From an uncultured Mycoplasmatota bacterium (GTDB taxonomy: Bacteria; Bacillota_I; Bacilli_A; RF39; UBA660): 64,000 bases of DNA. The notes below the pieces were generated by a model. That model did not search any database, had not been told where the DNA came from, and was given only the letters and a program-made list of their open reading frames with translations. Shown piece after piece: positions 53,647 to 63,119 of this stretch; position 1 is the first letter of the stretch, and each line of letters starts with the position of its first letter. The stretch lies in NCBI GenBank assembly GCA_946494015.1, contig CAMMBL010000001.1:1699-65698 (forward strand), read 5' to 3'. A program made the translations under genes and the position numbers.

Positions 53647-55270
53647 CATAAGAACTATTAAACTGCTGTGATTTGTTTTTTATATAATCGGCTTCTATTT
53701 CGGTGCCGACTTTTAGGTATATTTTTAATTTAACTTTCTTTTTATCATCCATATGATATACGACAATTTTATCTAATAATTCAAATAATACTTCATCACT
53801 AGGATTATTAACTTTATTTTCAATTAACAATTCTAATTTTTTTATTTCTTCTTCCATATTATTAGCTTTTAATTCTTCTTCTTTAATGACATTTAATTCT
53901 TTTTCTATTTTACTTAATCTTAAATTACAGTCATCATTTCTTTCTTTAAACTCTTTATCACTAATAATTTCATTTATATTATGACTTAATAATTTATCTT
54001 TTTCCTTTTTAATCTTTTCTATTTCGCTCAACTTTTTATTTTTTTCTTTCTCAAAATCTCTTAAACTTATATTTTCTCTATATAAATTAGTTAAATTATA
54101 AATAATTGACTTTCTTTGATTTATAAAATCTATTAAATTATGTCTTAATATTTTAACTAATTCTTTTTCATATAAAACTGGTGTTTTACATTTATCATCT
54201 TTACTTCTATTATTATGAGGACATATCCATACGACTTCATCATCTTTTGTCTTATAATTATATACTTTTCTATGAAAATGTCTATTATGTTCATTACATA
54301 CTATTTTACCACTAAATTTATATCTATTTTGATAAACTCTTTTATCAACATCTTTATACTTATCACTTCTTTGATTATATATCTTTTGTGCTAAATCCCA
54401 TATTTCTTCACTTACAATAGGGGGAACAGTATCATAATCTTTATACATAATCCAATCTTCTTCATCTTTTCTAACAATTGTTTTTAATTTATAGTCAACA
54501 ATCGTTGTTTTATTTCCACAATAATAACCTTTATATTTTGGGTTTTTAATAATATTTGCTACTGTTGTCATAGCAAGTACATTTCCATTTCTATTTTTAA
54601 AACCTTCTTTATATAATTCCCTTGCTACTGCTGCCATTCCATATTTACCACTACAATATAATTCAAATATTCTTTTAACCATTTTTGCTTCTTCTTCATT
54701 TATAACTAACTTACCATCTTTTTTATCATAACCCCATATATCATTATTACCTAAAACTCTGCCACTCTTAATAGATCTTTTAAAACCAAATTTAACTCTT
54801 TCTGATAATTTCCTAACTTCATCTTGTGCTAATGATGTCATTATTGTTAGTCTTAATTCTGAATCAGCGTCTAATGTATTTATATTATCATTTAAGAAAT
54901 ATACACCAACACCATCTTTTAATAATTCTCTTGTATTTTTAATACTATCTAATGTATCCCTTGCAAACCTTGATACTTCCTTTGTGATAATTAAATCAAA
55001 TTTACCTTCTTTAGCATCTTTAATCATTTTATTAAAACTATCTCTTTTATTTGTTGATGTCCCACTTATTCCTTCATCAACATAACCTTCAACAAATTCC
55101 CAATTTTCTTTTTCTCTTATCATTTCTTCAAAGAAATTAACTTGATTTTCTAATGAATTTAATTGTTCATATTTATCTGTTGAAACCCTTGCATAATAGG
55201 CAACTCTTAATTTTAAATCAAATACCGTTTTCCCAGTTTTAAATTCTTCTCTTATTTTATATAAATCCAT
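53636..55270 (-). CDS. Large serine recombinase (SpoIVCA/CisA-like); its last codons span the left junction core
   Basis: N-terminal resolvase domain with YARVSTD; recombinase domain; zinc ribbon (CNEHNRH...WICPHNNR...C); C-terminal coiled coil; 544 aa. Confidence 0.9.
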   Translation of the reverse strand: MDLYKIREEFKTGKTVFDLKLRVAYYARVSTDKYEQLNSLENQVNFFEEMIREKENWEFVEGYVDEGISGTSTNKRDSFNKMIKDAKEGKFDLIITKEVSRFARDTLDSIKNTRELLKDGVGVYFLNDNINTLDADSELRLTIMTSLAQDEVRKLSERVKFGFKRSIKSGRVLGNNDIWGYDKKDGKLVINEEEAKMVKRIFELYCSGKYGMAAVARELYKEGFKNRNGNVLAMTTVANIIKNPKYKGYYCGNKTTIVDYKLKTIVRKDEEDWIMYKDYDTVPPIVSEEIWDLAQKIYNQRSDKYKDVDKRVYQNRYKFSGKIVCNEHNRHFHRKVYNYKTKDDEVVWICPHNNRSKDDKCKTPVLYEKELVKILRHNLIDFINQRKSIIYNLTNLYRENISLRDFEKEKNKKLSEIEKIKKEKDKLLSHNINEIISDKEFKERNDDCNLRLSKIEKELNVIKEEELKANNMEEEIKKLELLIENKVNNPSDEVLFELLDKIVVYHMDDKKKVKLKIYLKVGTEIEADYIKNKSQQFNSSYAYD

Positions 55271-55284
55271 TTATATCATCACCT

Positions 55285-55560
55285 TTATACTTTAATTATT
55301 TCTGCTATTGGCTTTATTCTTTCTAATAATATCTTTTCAACTTTCTCATATAACTCTTTTGATATATTTCCTTTTTCATATAATTCTTTATTTATTTTTA
55401 ATTCTAATTCATAAGAACATAATACATTTTTAAATATATTAAAAGGCTTCATATCTTTTATAGTTTCATCAATATATGTGGTATCAATATTTCCAAACTC
55501 ATCTTCTTCATATTCTTTTACAACTTTGTCATTTTCATCTAATTCATAATAATATGCCAT
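55285..55560 (-). CDS. Small acidic protein upstream of the recombinase (candidate recombination directionality factor or unknown)
   Basis: 91-aa ORF, co-oriented and adjacent to the LSR. Confidence 0.3.
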   Translation of the reverse strand: MAYYYELDENDKVVKEYEEDEFGNIDTTYIDETIKDMKPFNIFKNVLCSYELELKINKELYEKGNISKELYEKVEKILLERIKPIAEIIKV

Positions 55561-55680
55561 ATATATTCCTCCTATTTAAGATTATTCGCAATCATAAATA
55601 ATATAATAATTATTTATCTACAAAATGCATAAATAAATTATAAATTACTCATAATAATAAATTGCCCCTAAATATTCTCC

Positions 55681-55726
55681 TATATATATTATACGATTTT
55701 TATTTTTCAAAAATTGCCATTTTGAG
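55681..55726. repeat. Copy 1 of a ~44-bp direct repeat (ATATATATTATACGATTTTTATTTTTCAAAAATTGCCATTTT) in the 5' region of the small-ORF/recombinase unit
   Basis: Near-identical copy at 60431..60474, upstream of the Rep-like gene. Confidence 0.6.
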
Positions 55727-55773
55727 ATTTATTTTTAAAATTTATTTAATTTTTTAGCATTTTTTATCGATTT

Positions 55774-56376
55774 TTAATCATTTTGGCTATTTTTTATTAA
55801 ATTATAAAATGTATTATTCTTTAAACCTAATAATTCCATTGCTTCTTTACTTTTTATTTTTTTATCTTTCCATTTACTCATAACTTCATCATAATTACTT
55901 GGCTTTTCTATTTTAGGTCTTCCAAATTTAACACCTTTTTTTAAAGCATTTTCTATTCCTTCTTTTTGTCTTAACTTTATAAAACTTCTCTCTTGCTCTG
56001 CAACATAACTTAATATTTGCAAAACTAAATCACTTATAAATGTTCCTAATAAATCTTTATTATTTCTCGTATCTAATAAAGGCATATCAATAACGACTAT
56101 ATCTGCTTTTATATTTTTTGTTATATCTTTCCATTCTTCAATAATCATATTATAATTTCTACCTAATCTATCAATACTCTTAATTACTAATAAATCATTT
56201 TCTCTTAATATATGCTTTAATATTAAATAATTTTCTCTATTAAAATCTTTTCCACTTTGCTTATCTACATAAATATCTCTTTCATCAATATTAAAATCTT
56301 TAAAGGCATTTATTTGTCTTTCTTCATTTTGTTCTTTACTGCTAACCCTTGCATACCCAAAAACTTTATTATTCAT
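55774..56376 (-). CDS. Small serine recombinase (resolvase/invertase family) with C-terminal HTH
   Basis: GYARVSSKEQ catalytic motif; 200 aa. Confidence 0.85.
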   Translation of the reverse strand: MNNKVFGYARVSSKEQNEERQINAFKDFNIDERDIYVDKQSGKDFNRENYLILKHILRENDLLVIKSIDRLGRNYNMIIEEWKDITKNIKADIVVIDMPLLDTRNNKDLLGTFISDLVLQILSYVAEQERSFIKLRQKEGIENALKKGVKFGRPKIEKPSNYDEVMSKWKDKKIKSKEAMELLGLKNNTFYNLIKNSQND

Positions 56377-56385
56377 ATGTAAAAC

Positions 56386-56619
56386 CTACCTTGCTAAATA
56401 ATTACTAAATTCCCTAAAAATTCTATCAAATATGCTATCTTCAAATGTTCCTACTAATTCGAGCTTAATATTTTTTTCTCTTAATTCGGCTAAAAAATTA
56501 GAGCAAGCAATAGTAATAGGGAAATCATTTGCATTATTTTCTTCTATTGCCGTCATTATAGTATCTACATAACCATCGCATACCATTGTTACAATATTTC
56601 TTAAAATTTCTTCTTTCAT
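56386..56619 (-). CDS. Hypothetical small protein
   Basis: ORF only. Confidence 0.35.
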   Translation of the reverse strand: MKEEILRNIVTMVCDGYVDTIMTAIEENNANDFPITIACSNFLAELREKNIKLELVGTFEDSIFDRIFREFSNYLAR

Positions 56620-56804
56620 TCATTACACCCCCTTACTATGAAAAAATATTATATTTTCACTTTTTCAAAAAAACAACTCTTTTATTTAAAAATCTCAAAA
56701 AACTTTTCAAACATTTAAAAACTCCAATATATACTTTTTCAAATAAAAAAAAGACTTAATTCATATCAAAATTAAATCTTTATAAACCTTTACTTTTTTA
56801 AATA

Positions 56805-57590
56805 CTATTTCCATTCATAATCAATAAATAAATAATTTCTAATCTCTTTATATAAAATACTTATATTAGATTCATTGCTCAATAAAATATGATTATATGT
56901 ATTATATATTCCAGGCATATTAAAATCTTTTTCTCCTTTATTATACCTTTCAAAATATTCTTTAAAAAAATCTTCTAATACTTTTTTAATATTTACAGAA
57001 GTATTAAAATTTATATTATGTTTCATTTGAAGTAATATTTTTTGAAATCTCGTAGGCAAAAAAGGATTTTCAATAAAACTATTAAGTTGGTTCATATATT
57101 CTATAAATTTTTTGGATATATATATCATTTCAATATCAATATCTCCATTTTTTGCTTTCTTAAAATTTTCTTCCTTGTAGTTATTTATTTCTTTTTCAGA
57201 TAATTCTTTGGAGAAAGGCTGCAATATTTCAATAAATTCTGAATTTTCTTTTTGAGAAACAATTCTTTGCCCACATCTTCTATTCTTCAACATCTCTTTT
57301 ATTTCTTTCTGATTTTTTAATACAAAACCATAGTCAATTAAAAATTGTAAAACATTCAACTCTAATAATTCATAGTAATCAACATCTAATTTAATAAAAT
57401 TTAAAATTTCTTCTAATAATACCGCTTGCTTTTTTATAGTCTCATTTCTTATTGGTTGCAATACTGTTGATTTTGCTCTCTTATATGTTAATACAGCAAT
57501 TATTGTTGCTATTAAAGTAAAAATTATCCATAACACATCTTTAATCCACACAACATTTGTTAATATAAAATTATATATATTAGACCACAT
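56805..57590 (-). CDS. Hypothetical protein with N-terminal TM segment
   Basis: ORF; hydrophobic N-terminus. Confidence 0.45.
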   Translation of the reverse strand: MWSNIYNFILTNVVWIKDVLWIIFTLIATIIAVLTYKRAKSTVLQPIRNETIKKQAVLLEEILNFIKLDVDYYELLELNVLQFLIDYGFVLKNQKEIKEMLKNRRCGQRIVSQKENSEFIEILQPFSKELSEKEINNYKEENFKKAKNGDIDIEMIYISKKFIEYMNQLNSFIENPFLPTRFQKILLQMKHNINFNTSVNIKKVLEDFFKEYFERYNKGEKDFNMPGIYNTYNHILLSNESNISILYKEIRNYLFIDYEWK

Positions 57591-57645
57591 AATATCACCA
57601 CGACAATATTATACAGTATTTTTACTTTTTTTCACAACTTACCTT

Positions 57646-58176
57646 TTAAATTTCATATAAATTTTTAATTTCTTCATTAGGCAATATCAATGTAAAATCA
57701 ATATCATATTTTAATACTAAATAATTTAATAACTCTACAACTTTTTTTGCAATATCATTATGCTTATAACCTTGTACCTCAGTTCCTAAACTAACACTAA
57801 TAATACTTTTATACATATTCTTTTTTGCTTCAATTATTATTTTATAATAACTAAATAATAAATCATTTATTGCGACATTAACATCTTCATATTCATAATA
57901 ATTAGGACATAAAATATGCAATATATCTATACCAATATCAAAACCTGGGCTAAATCTAACTTCATTTACTTTCATATTATCTTTATACTGCTTTTTACAA
58001 TATTCTTCTAATAATTCTTTATTAGCTTTTTCATATATTAAATTACAAATACCACTTCCACAAAACATATTTTTATTTGCACTATTAACTATTAAATCTT
58101 TGCTATCTAAATAATCTAAAATATTTCCACAAACAATATTTAATTTTGCCACAATAAACCACCTTAATAATATCAA
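57646..58176 (-). CDS. Macro-domain protein (ADP-ribose binding/hydrolase-like); true start probably near VAKLNIV
   Basis: GNILDY...LIVNSANKNMFCGSGICNLIYEKA resembles the macro-domain VNAAN...GGGV signature. Confidence 0.55.
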   Translation of the reverse strand: MILLRWFIVAKLNIVCGNILDYLDSKDLIVNSANKNMFCGSGICNLIYEKANKELLEEYCKKQYKDNMKVNEVRFSPGFDIGIDILHILCPNYYEYEDVNVAINDLLFSYYKIIIEAKKNMYKSIISVSLGTEVQGYKHNDIAKKVVELLNYLVLKYDIDFTLILPNEEIKNLYEI

Positions 58177-58307
58177 TTACATAAATATAATATATATCTA
58201 ATTATACCTTCAATTTTTAGCAAATAACAATTCATTTAATCAATTTAATATAATTATATAATAAAATACAAAAAGTCCTTTAAAACTGCTCTAAATTATC
58301 AAATATT

Positions 58308-58874
58308 CTATTCATAAAAATTAAGCTGCTTTTCAATACATATATAATTATTTTTATCTTTCTTATTTCTATCACTTATAATATTTTCATATTTATTTGA
58401 ACTATCTAAATTTCTTTTAATAACATTAACAAATAAATTCCATTCTTTATCAGTAGGCAACTCATCACTAAAAACAAACATAAAATCAAAATTTTCTCCA
58501 TGGCTTAATAATCTCGACTTTATACTTTTTTCATTACTATTACCAACCATAAAACCATATTTTAAACCATTATATAATTCTTTATGTGCCTTTGCTTTAT
58601 TGCTATAAGTAATAACATCATGGGTAGAGTAGGTATTATATTTACTTTCAATTATTACCTTTGGCACTAAATTTTTTCCACGCTTTTCTTTTATTACTAA
58701 ATCAACTTCATATTTCCTATATTTAATTTTTTCTTCTTCATTTTTATAGTCTTCTATATATACCGAATAAGGCACCTTATCAAAACAACTTATTTCATAT
58801 TTATTATTATCTAATTCATCTTTTAATTTATCACATATTTTCATAGTCCATTTATCTTCTAATCTATCTCTCAT
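58308..58874 (-). CDS. Hypothetical protein with possible PD-(D/E)xK nuclease-like motif
   Basis: EVDLVI...VIIESKY arrangement; weak. Confidence 0.35.
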   Translation of the reverse strand: MRDRLEDKWTMKICDKLKDELDNNKYEISCFDKVPYSVYIEDYKNEEEKIKYRKYEVDLVIKEKRGKNLVPKVIIESKYNTYSTHDVITYSNKAKAHKELYNGLKYGFMVGNSNEKSIKSRLLSHGENFDFMFVFSDELPTDKEWNLFVNVIKRNLDSSNKYENIISDRNKKDKNNYICIEKQLNFYE

Positions 58875-58997
58875 ATCTAAAACTCCTTAACTTATATAAA
58901 TTATATCATAAAATATATAATATTAAGCATACAAATATAACTAATATTGCTATCACTAATTTCTAATAATGAGACAATTATATTAGGAGGCAATATT

Positions 58998-59327
58998 ATG
59001 AAAAACAACTTAAAAGAAATTAGAGTTTCAAAGAATTTATTACAAACAAAAGTAGCAATAGACTTAAATACAACCCAAGAAACTATATCTTCTTATGAAA
59101 CTGGCAGAGTATTCCCAAGTTCCGATATGCTCATTAAACTTGCTGATTATTATAATACATCTATCGATTATTTATTATGCCGAACTAAATATAATATGCC
59201 AATAGATGATATTAAACCTAATAACATTAGCGATTACGACTTTATATTATTAAATAAAATAAATAAATTATCTAATATAAATAAAGCAAAAGTAGAAGCA
59301 TATATAGATGGCTTAAATGACAACTAA
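58998..59327 (+). CDS. XRE-family HTH transcriptional regulator (ATG 58998 after GGAGG; track start 58947)
   Basis: LKEIRVSKNLLQTKVAIDLNTTQETISSYETG is a Cro/C1-type HTH. Confidence 0.75.
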   Translation: MKNNLKEIRVSKNLLQTKVAIDLNTTQETISSYETGRVFPSSDMLIKLADYYNTSIDYLLCRTKYNMPIDDIKPNNISDYDFILLNKINKLSNINKAKVEAYIDGLNDN

Positions 59328-59567
59328 CTTCTAAATATATACATATTTATCTAAAACACCTTAATATTTCCTTATTTTATAATCAAATATCAAATAATAT
59401 ATATAAAAATATCTGCTAAATTATATACCTATCTTTATACTTATTAACCTTATTATTTTTCCAATTCTTTATACTTTACTATATATAATTTATATATTTA
59501 TTTTTATACATATTTATTAAATATTATATGATAGCTAAAAACTATCTTTTTTTATGCTATATTTCCT

Positions 59568-60404
59568 TTAAAACGGGGAATTATCATCTATTATTCTATT
59601 GTTACTTATCTGTACTTTATTATCACTTTTAATATTATCATAATTTTCTGCTATCTTATTTCTTCTTACCATTGCCATAAATTCAAGTGCCTTTTTTTCA
59701 TCTTCTTCTTTACTAATATTATAAAAATATTCAGATATTTCCTTAAATTTACTTTCTATCTTATTATATTTTTCTATAAATTCTTCATCCGTCATAGGAC
59801 TTTTTCTTTGTTCTTTATTTAATTTTCTTATTTTATTTTTTAATTTTAAATATTCACTACAATACTGCTTTAAACTATATTTTAATGGCTCTCCATTACC
59901 ATAATTATAATTACAAAATAATCTTTTAGCACTTTGATCTATAAAATAATCAGCCAATTTTATATTACAATTCTTTTTATATACTTTCTTGTTATTACTA
60001 TTATTTTCACTAATATTATTATCAACATCTATCCAATTTTTATCTATATAATTTTTAATAACATTTCTAAAAGCATAACTAGGACAACTAACTAATAATA
60101 TATGTAAATGCCAATCCGTCTTATAGTTTCCATTATATAATCTATTAGCAAATAAATCTTCTATTTCTAATTCTTTTCTTTGCCCACCAACTTTGCCATT
60201 ATTTTTAATTTTTAATGAACTAACACCTTTTTTAACATTACTACTAACTATCAATGCTTGAGCATACCAACCTTTATCTGCATTTTTCTTACACATATAT
60301 CTAATAAACTCTCTTAATCTCTTTGCATATAAAAATGCTTCTTCGCCACTTTTAAATTTTTTATTAACTTCTATACTCGCTATTCCTAATTTTTTCTTCG
60401 CCAT
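59568..60404 (-). CDS. HUH-motif protein, probable rolling-circle replication initiator (Rep-like)
   Basis: DWHLHILLVSCPSY (H-U-H-U-U-U) and downstream Tyr-rich region; 278 aa. Confidence 0.45.
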   Translation of the reverse strand: MAKKKLGIASIEVNKKFKSGEEAFLYAKRLREFIRYMCKKNADKGWYAQALIVSSNVKKGVSSLKIKNNGKVGGQRKELEIEDLFANRLYNGNYKTDWHLHILLVSCPSYAFRNVIKNYIDKNWIDVDNNISENNSNNKKVYKKNCNIKLADYFIDQSAKRLFCNYNYGNGEPLKYSLKQYCSEYLKLKNKIRKLNKEQRKSPMTDEEFIEKYNKIESKFKEISEYFYNISKEEDEKKALEFMAMVRRNKIAENYDNIKSDNKVQISNNRIIDDNSPF

Positions 60405-60430
60405 AATACATACCTTCTTTTAATACCTTC

Positions 60431-60474
60431 ATATATATTATACGATTTTTATTTTTCAAAACTTGCCATTTTCC
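60431..60474. repeat. Copy 2 of the ~44-bp direct repeat, immediately upstream of the Rep-like gene
   Basis: ATATATATTATACGATTTTTATTTTTCAAAACTTGCCATTTT. Confidence 0.6.
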
Positions 60475-60669
60475 CATATTTTCTGCAAATTTCTTAAATT
60501 TTTCTCATTTTAGCCATTTTAAAGCATCATTGCCAAATTATAATATAAATTATTAAATAACTTATTAAACCTTTAAAACAGCCAAATAAATATGCTTATA
60601 TTATCTCTAAACAAAAAAAACAATTCTTATCTCTAAAAATTGCCGTATCTAATAATAATTAAACTAATT

Positions 60670-61968
60670 TTATATAACTTTCAACTTCATAAATAAATTC
60701 AAATGGCTTCCTACTTCTTGCATTAACCCATCTATCAAATATTTCCACTGCATTTTTATAGTTGTTATATGAATAGAAGGGGCTACAGCTTTAAGTTTAA
60801 CTCCATATCTAGGACCTTGTTTAATAATCTCAGGAGTATCTAATTTCATATCAGCTAATGTAGGAGTAGCTACACCATAACCTGTTTGTTTTACCATCTT
60901 TAAAGCATATTTAATTTGATCATATTCCCTTCTTGCTTCTTCATAATCTTGAAATAAAGATAAAAGTCCCGCTTTACTAGTAACATCTATTTTAATAATA
61001 TCTCTTAATACATCATTATATAAAGAGCTAGGAGCTTCAAGATTAATTGTAACAATACCAGTAGCTGGATCAACACAAGATAGATAAGCTTTTTCTATTA
61101 TTTCATTACTCCTAAAATGATCGGTAATCTTTTCAATATCTCTTAACTTATCAACTTCCATAACACTTTCTCTAATTGCTTCAATATAACCTTTTTTAAT
61201 TTCATTATTAGCATTTAAAATAGCAATCCATTCAGGCATATTAACTTTAACTTCTAAAACTGGAAATTCATATAAAGCTTCTCTTAGGATACTAGTCATT
61301 TCTCGTTCATTCATCTGATCAACATTAATAGGTAACACAGGAACATTATAAGTATCTTTAATAGATTCAGCTAATCTTTCTGTTTCTGGTAAAGTAGGAT
61401 GAGTTGTATTTAAAATAATAATAAATGGTTTCCCAATCGCTTTTAATTCTTCAATTACTCTTTGTTCAGCTTCTAAATAATCACTTCTATTAAATTCACC
61501 AATAGAACCATCAGTAGTAACAACAATTCCAATCGTAGAATGATCTTTAATAACTTTTTCTGTTCCTACTTCCGCTGCTTCTACAAAAGGTATTTCTTCA
61601 TCATACCATGGCGTTTTAACCATTCTAGGTCCATTCTCATCACTAGCCCCTTTAGCATTAGGAATAACATATCCAACACAATCAACTAGTCTAATATTAC
61701 AACTGAAATCATCAATATTAACTTTAGCAGCTTGATTAGGAATAAACTTAGGTTCAGCAGTCATAATAGTTTTACCTTGGGCACTTTGAGGAATCTCATC
61801 AAGTGTTCTTTTCTTCTCATACTCATCTTCAATATAAGGTACAACTAAAGTTTCCACCATCCTCTTAATAAAAGTACTCTTACCAGTTCTAACCGCTCCA
61901 ACAACTCCTAAATAAATATCACCACCACTTCTTAAAGCAATATTTTTAATAATTTCCGTTTTTTCCAT
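60670..61968 (-). CDS. spoIVA: Stage IV sporulation protein A, N-terminal fragment (ATPase domain). Uninterrupted reading runs into the element and appends a 32-aa unrelated tail.
   Basis: GDIYLGVVGAVRTGKSTFIK Walker A; ...LVDCVGY...; ...MVKQTGYGVATP...KAVAPSIH, then diverges (ITTIKMQW...). Start MEKTEII after AAGGTG. Confidence 0.9.
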   Translation of the reverse strand: MEKTEIIKNIALRSGGDIYLGVVGAVRTGKSTFIKRMVETLVVPYIEDEYEKKRTLDEIPQSAQGKTIMTAEPKFIPNQAAKVNIDDFSCNIRLVDCVGYVIPNAKGASDENGPRMVKTPWYDEEIPFVEAAEVGTEKVIKDHSTIGIVVTTDGSIGEFNRSDYLEAEQRVIEELKAIGKPFIIILNTTHPTLPETERLAESIKDTYNVPVLPINVDQMNEREMTSILREALYEFPVLEVKVNMPEWIAILNANNEIKKGYIEAIRESVMEVDKLRDIEKITDHFRSNEIIEKAYLSCVDPATGIVTINLEAPSSLYNDVLRDIIKIDVTSKAGLLSLFQDYEEARREYDQIKYALKMVKQTGYGVATPTLADMKLDTPEIIKQGPRYGVKLKAVAPSIHITTIKMQWKYLIDGLMQEVGSHLNLFMKLKVI

Positions 61969-61984
61969 AATCATCACCTTTTCT

Positions 61985-62020
61985 TATATTCTAATTAATA
62001 GTATTCTTACAAATTTTAAA
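61985..62020 (-). promoter_or_regulatory. Possible sigma-E-type mother-cell promoter of spoIVA
   Basis: Minus strand tcATATTt-13/14 nt-gAATACTA upstream of the RBS; approximate match only. Confidence 0.3.
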
Positions 62021-62042
62021 TATGAAAAAAAGGAGCGAAAAA

Positions 62043-63101
62043 ATGGCTAATTTTATCGATTATTTACAAAAGAAAACCATATCTTTTAATAAAGACCCCT
62101 TAAATGAAGTAGATAGTCTTATTCTCTCTTATTTATCTTATTTACATTTTACTCATATATTAGGTAAAGTAAAAATAAAGGATTTAGATTTAAAAAATAA
62201 TTTACATAGTATAGTTAAAGGTAGTAAGAAAAATATTCCTTTACTAAAAGCTTTAGTAGAAAATCCTCGTTATCAAGATATAGAAATAGTCTTTCCTAAA
62301 GAAGATACTAATAAGGAATTAGAAAAACAATTTGCCGCTGTTACCTTTCTTTTACCAACTAATGAGATGTATATATCATTTAGAGGAACAGATTCTACTT
62401 TAATAGGTTGGGAAGAAGATTTTAATATGGCTTTTATGTTACCAGTTCCTTCTCAAAAAGAAGCTTTAAATTATACAAAGAAAGTAACTAAATTAATACC
62501 TAGAAATTTTTATCTAGGAGGTCATTCTAAAGGAGGTAATCTGGCTGTTTATGCTGGAAGTTACATAGATAGTACACTTACAAAAAGATTAATAAAAGTC
62601 TACTCTTATGATGGACCAGGTTTTATAAAAGAATTTTTAACAGGTTCAAATTATCAAAATATAAAAGAAAAGATAGAAAAATTTGTTCCATCTTCTTCAA
62701 TTATTGGAATGTTACTTTTTGCAAATGAGCATTATACAATAATTAAAAGTAATGAAAAGGGTATACTAGAACATGATCCGTTTTCTTGGTTAGTAGATAA
62801 TAATCACTTTATAATTTTAAAAAAGTTAAATGATGGTACAGCCTTTACTAATAAAGTTATAAATGATTTTATTAGTAGTTTATCTAAAAAAGAAAGGAAA
62901 ATCTTTATAGATTCTCTTTTTACTGTTTTAAAATCAACTAATTTAACGACTTTAGATGAATTATCTAAAAATTTTGTTTTAAAGTTACCTAATATTATAA
63001 ATGCTATATATAATTTAGATAGTGTTAATAAAAAATATCTTTTTAAAACAATTAAAGCCTTAATAATTAGTTATTTAAAAAATTTAAAAGATTTAATATA
63101 A
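62043..63101 (+). CDS. Alpha/beta-hydrolase-like protein (DUF2974/Mbeg1-like); ATG 62043
   Basis: GGHSKGG nucleophile elbow; FRGTDS region. Confidence 0.55.
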   Translation: MANFIDYLQKKTISFNKDPLNEVDSLILSYLSYLHFTHILGKVKIKDLDLKNNLHSIVKGSKKNIPLLKALVENPRYQDIEIVFPKEDTNKELEKQFAAVTFLLPTNEMYISFRGTDSTLIGWEEDFNMAFMLPVPSQKEALNYTKKVTKLIPRNFYLGGHSKGGNLAVYAGSYIDSTLTKRLIKVYSYDGPGFIKEFLTGSNYQNIKEKIEKFVPSSSIIGMLLFANEHYTIIKSNEKGILEHDPFSWLVDNNHFIILKKLNDGTAFTNKVINDFISSLSKKERKIFIDSLFTVLKSTNLTTLDELSKNFVLKLPNIINAIYNLDSVNKKYLFKTIKALIISYLKNLKDLI

Positions 63102-63119
63102 AAAAGAGAAAAACTTCTC

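Larger units (their letters stand above)
53647..60771. mobile_element. ~7.1-kb intervening element inserted in spoIVA (skin-like), bounded by a 5-bp ATATG core at 53642..53646 and 60767..60771
   Basis: Joining + strand ...TAATCATATG (to 53646) with AATAGAAGG... (from 60772) gives in-frame PSIHMIRVD. The element carries a large serine recombinase at its left edge, plus a resolvase, an HUH Rep-like gene and an XRE regulator. Confidence 0.75.

Noticed and set aside
53647-53649. ATG at the head of the spoIVA C-fragment as a genuine start of a 93-aa protein
   Set aside because: The frame is open upstream only because of the junction, and the sequence is the conserved SpoIVA C-terminus. The ATG is a coincidental codon at the att core rather than a true start.
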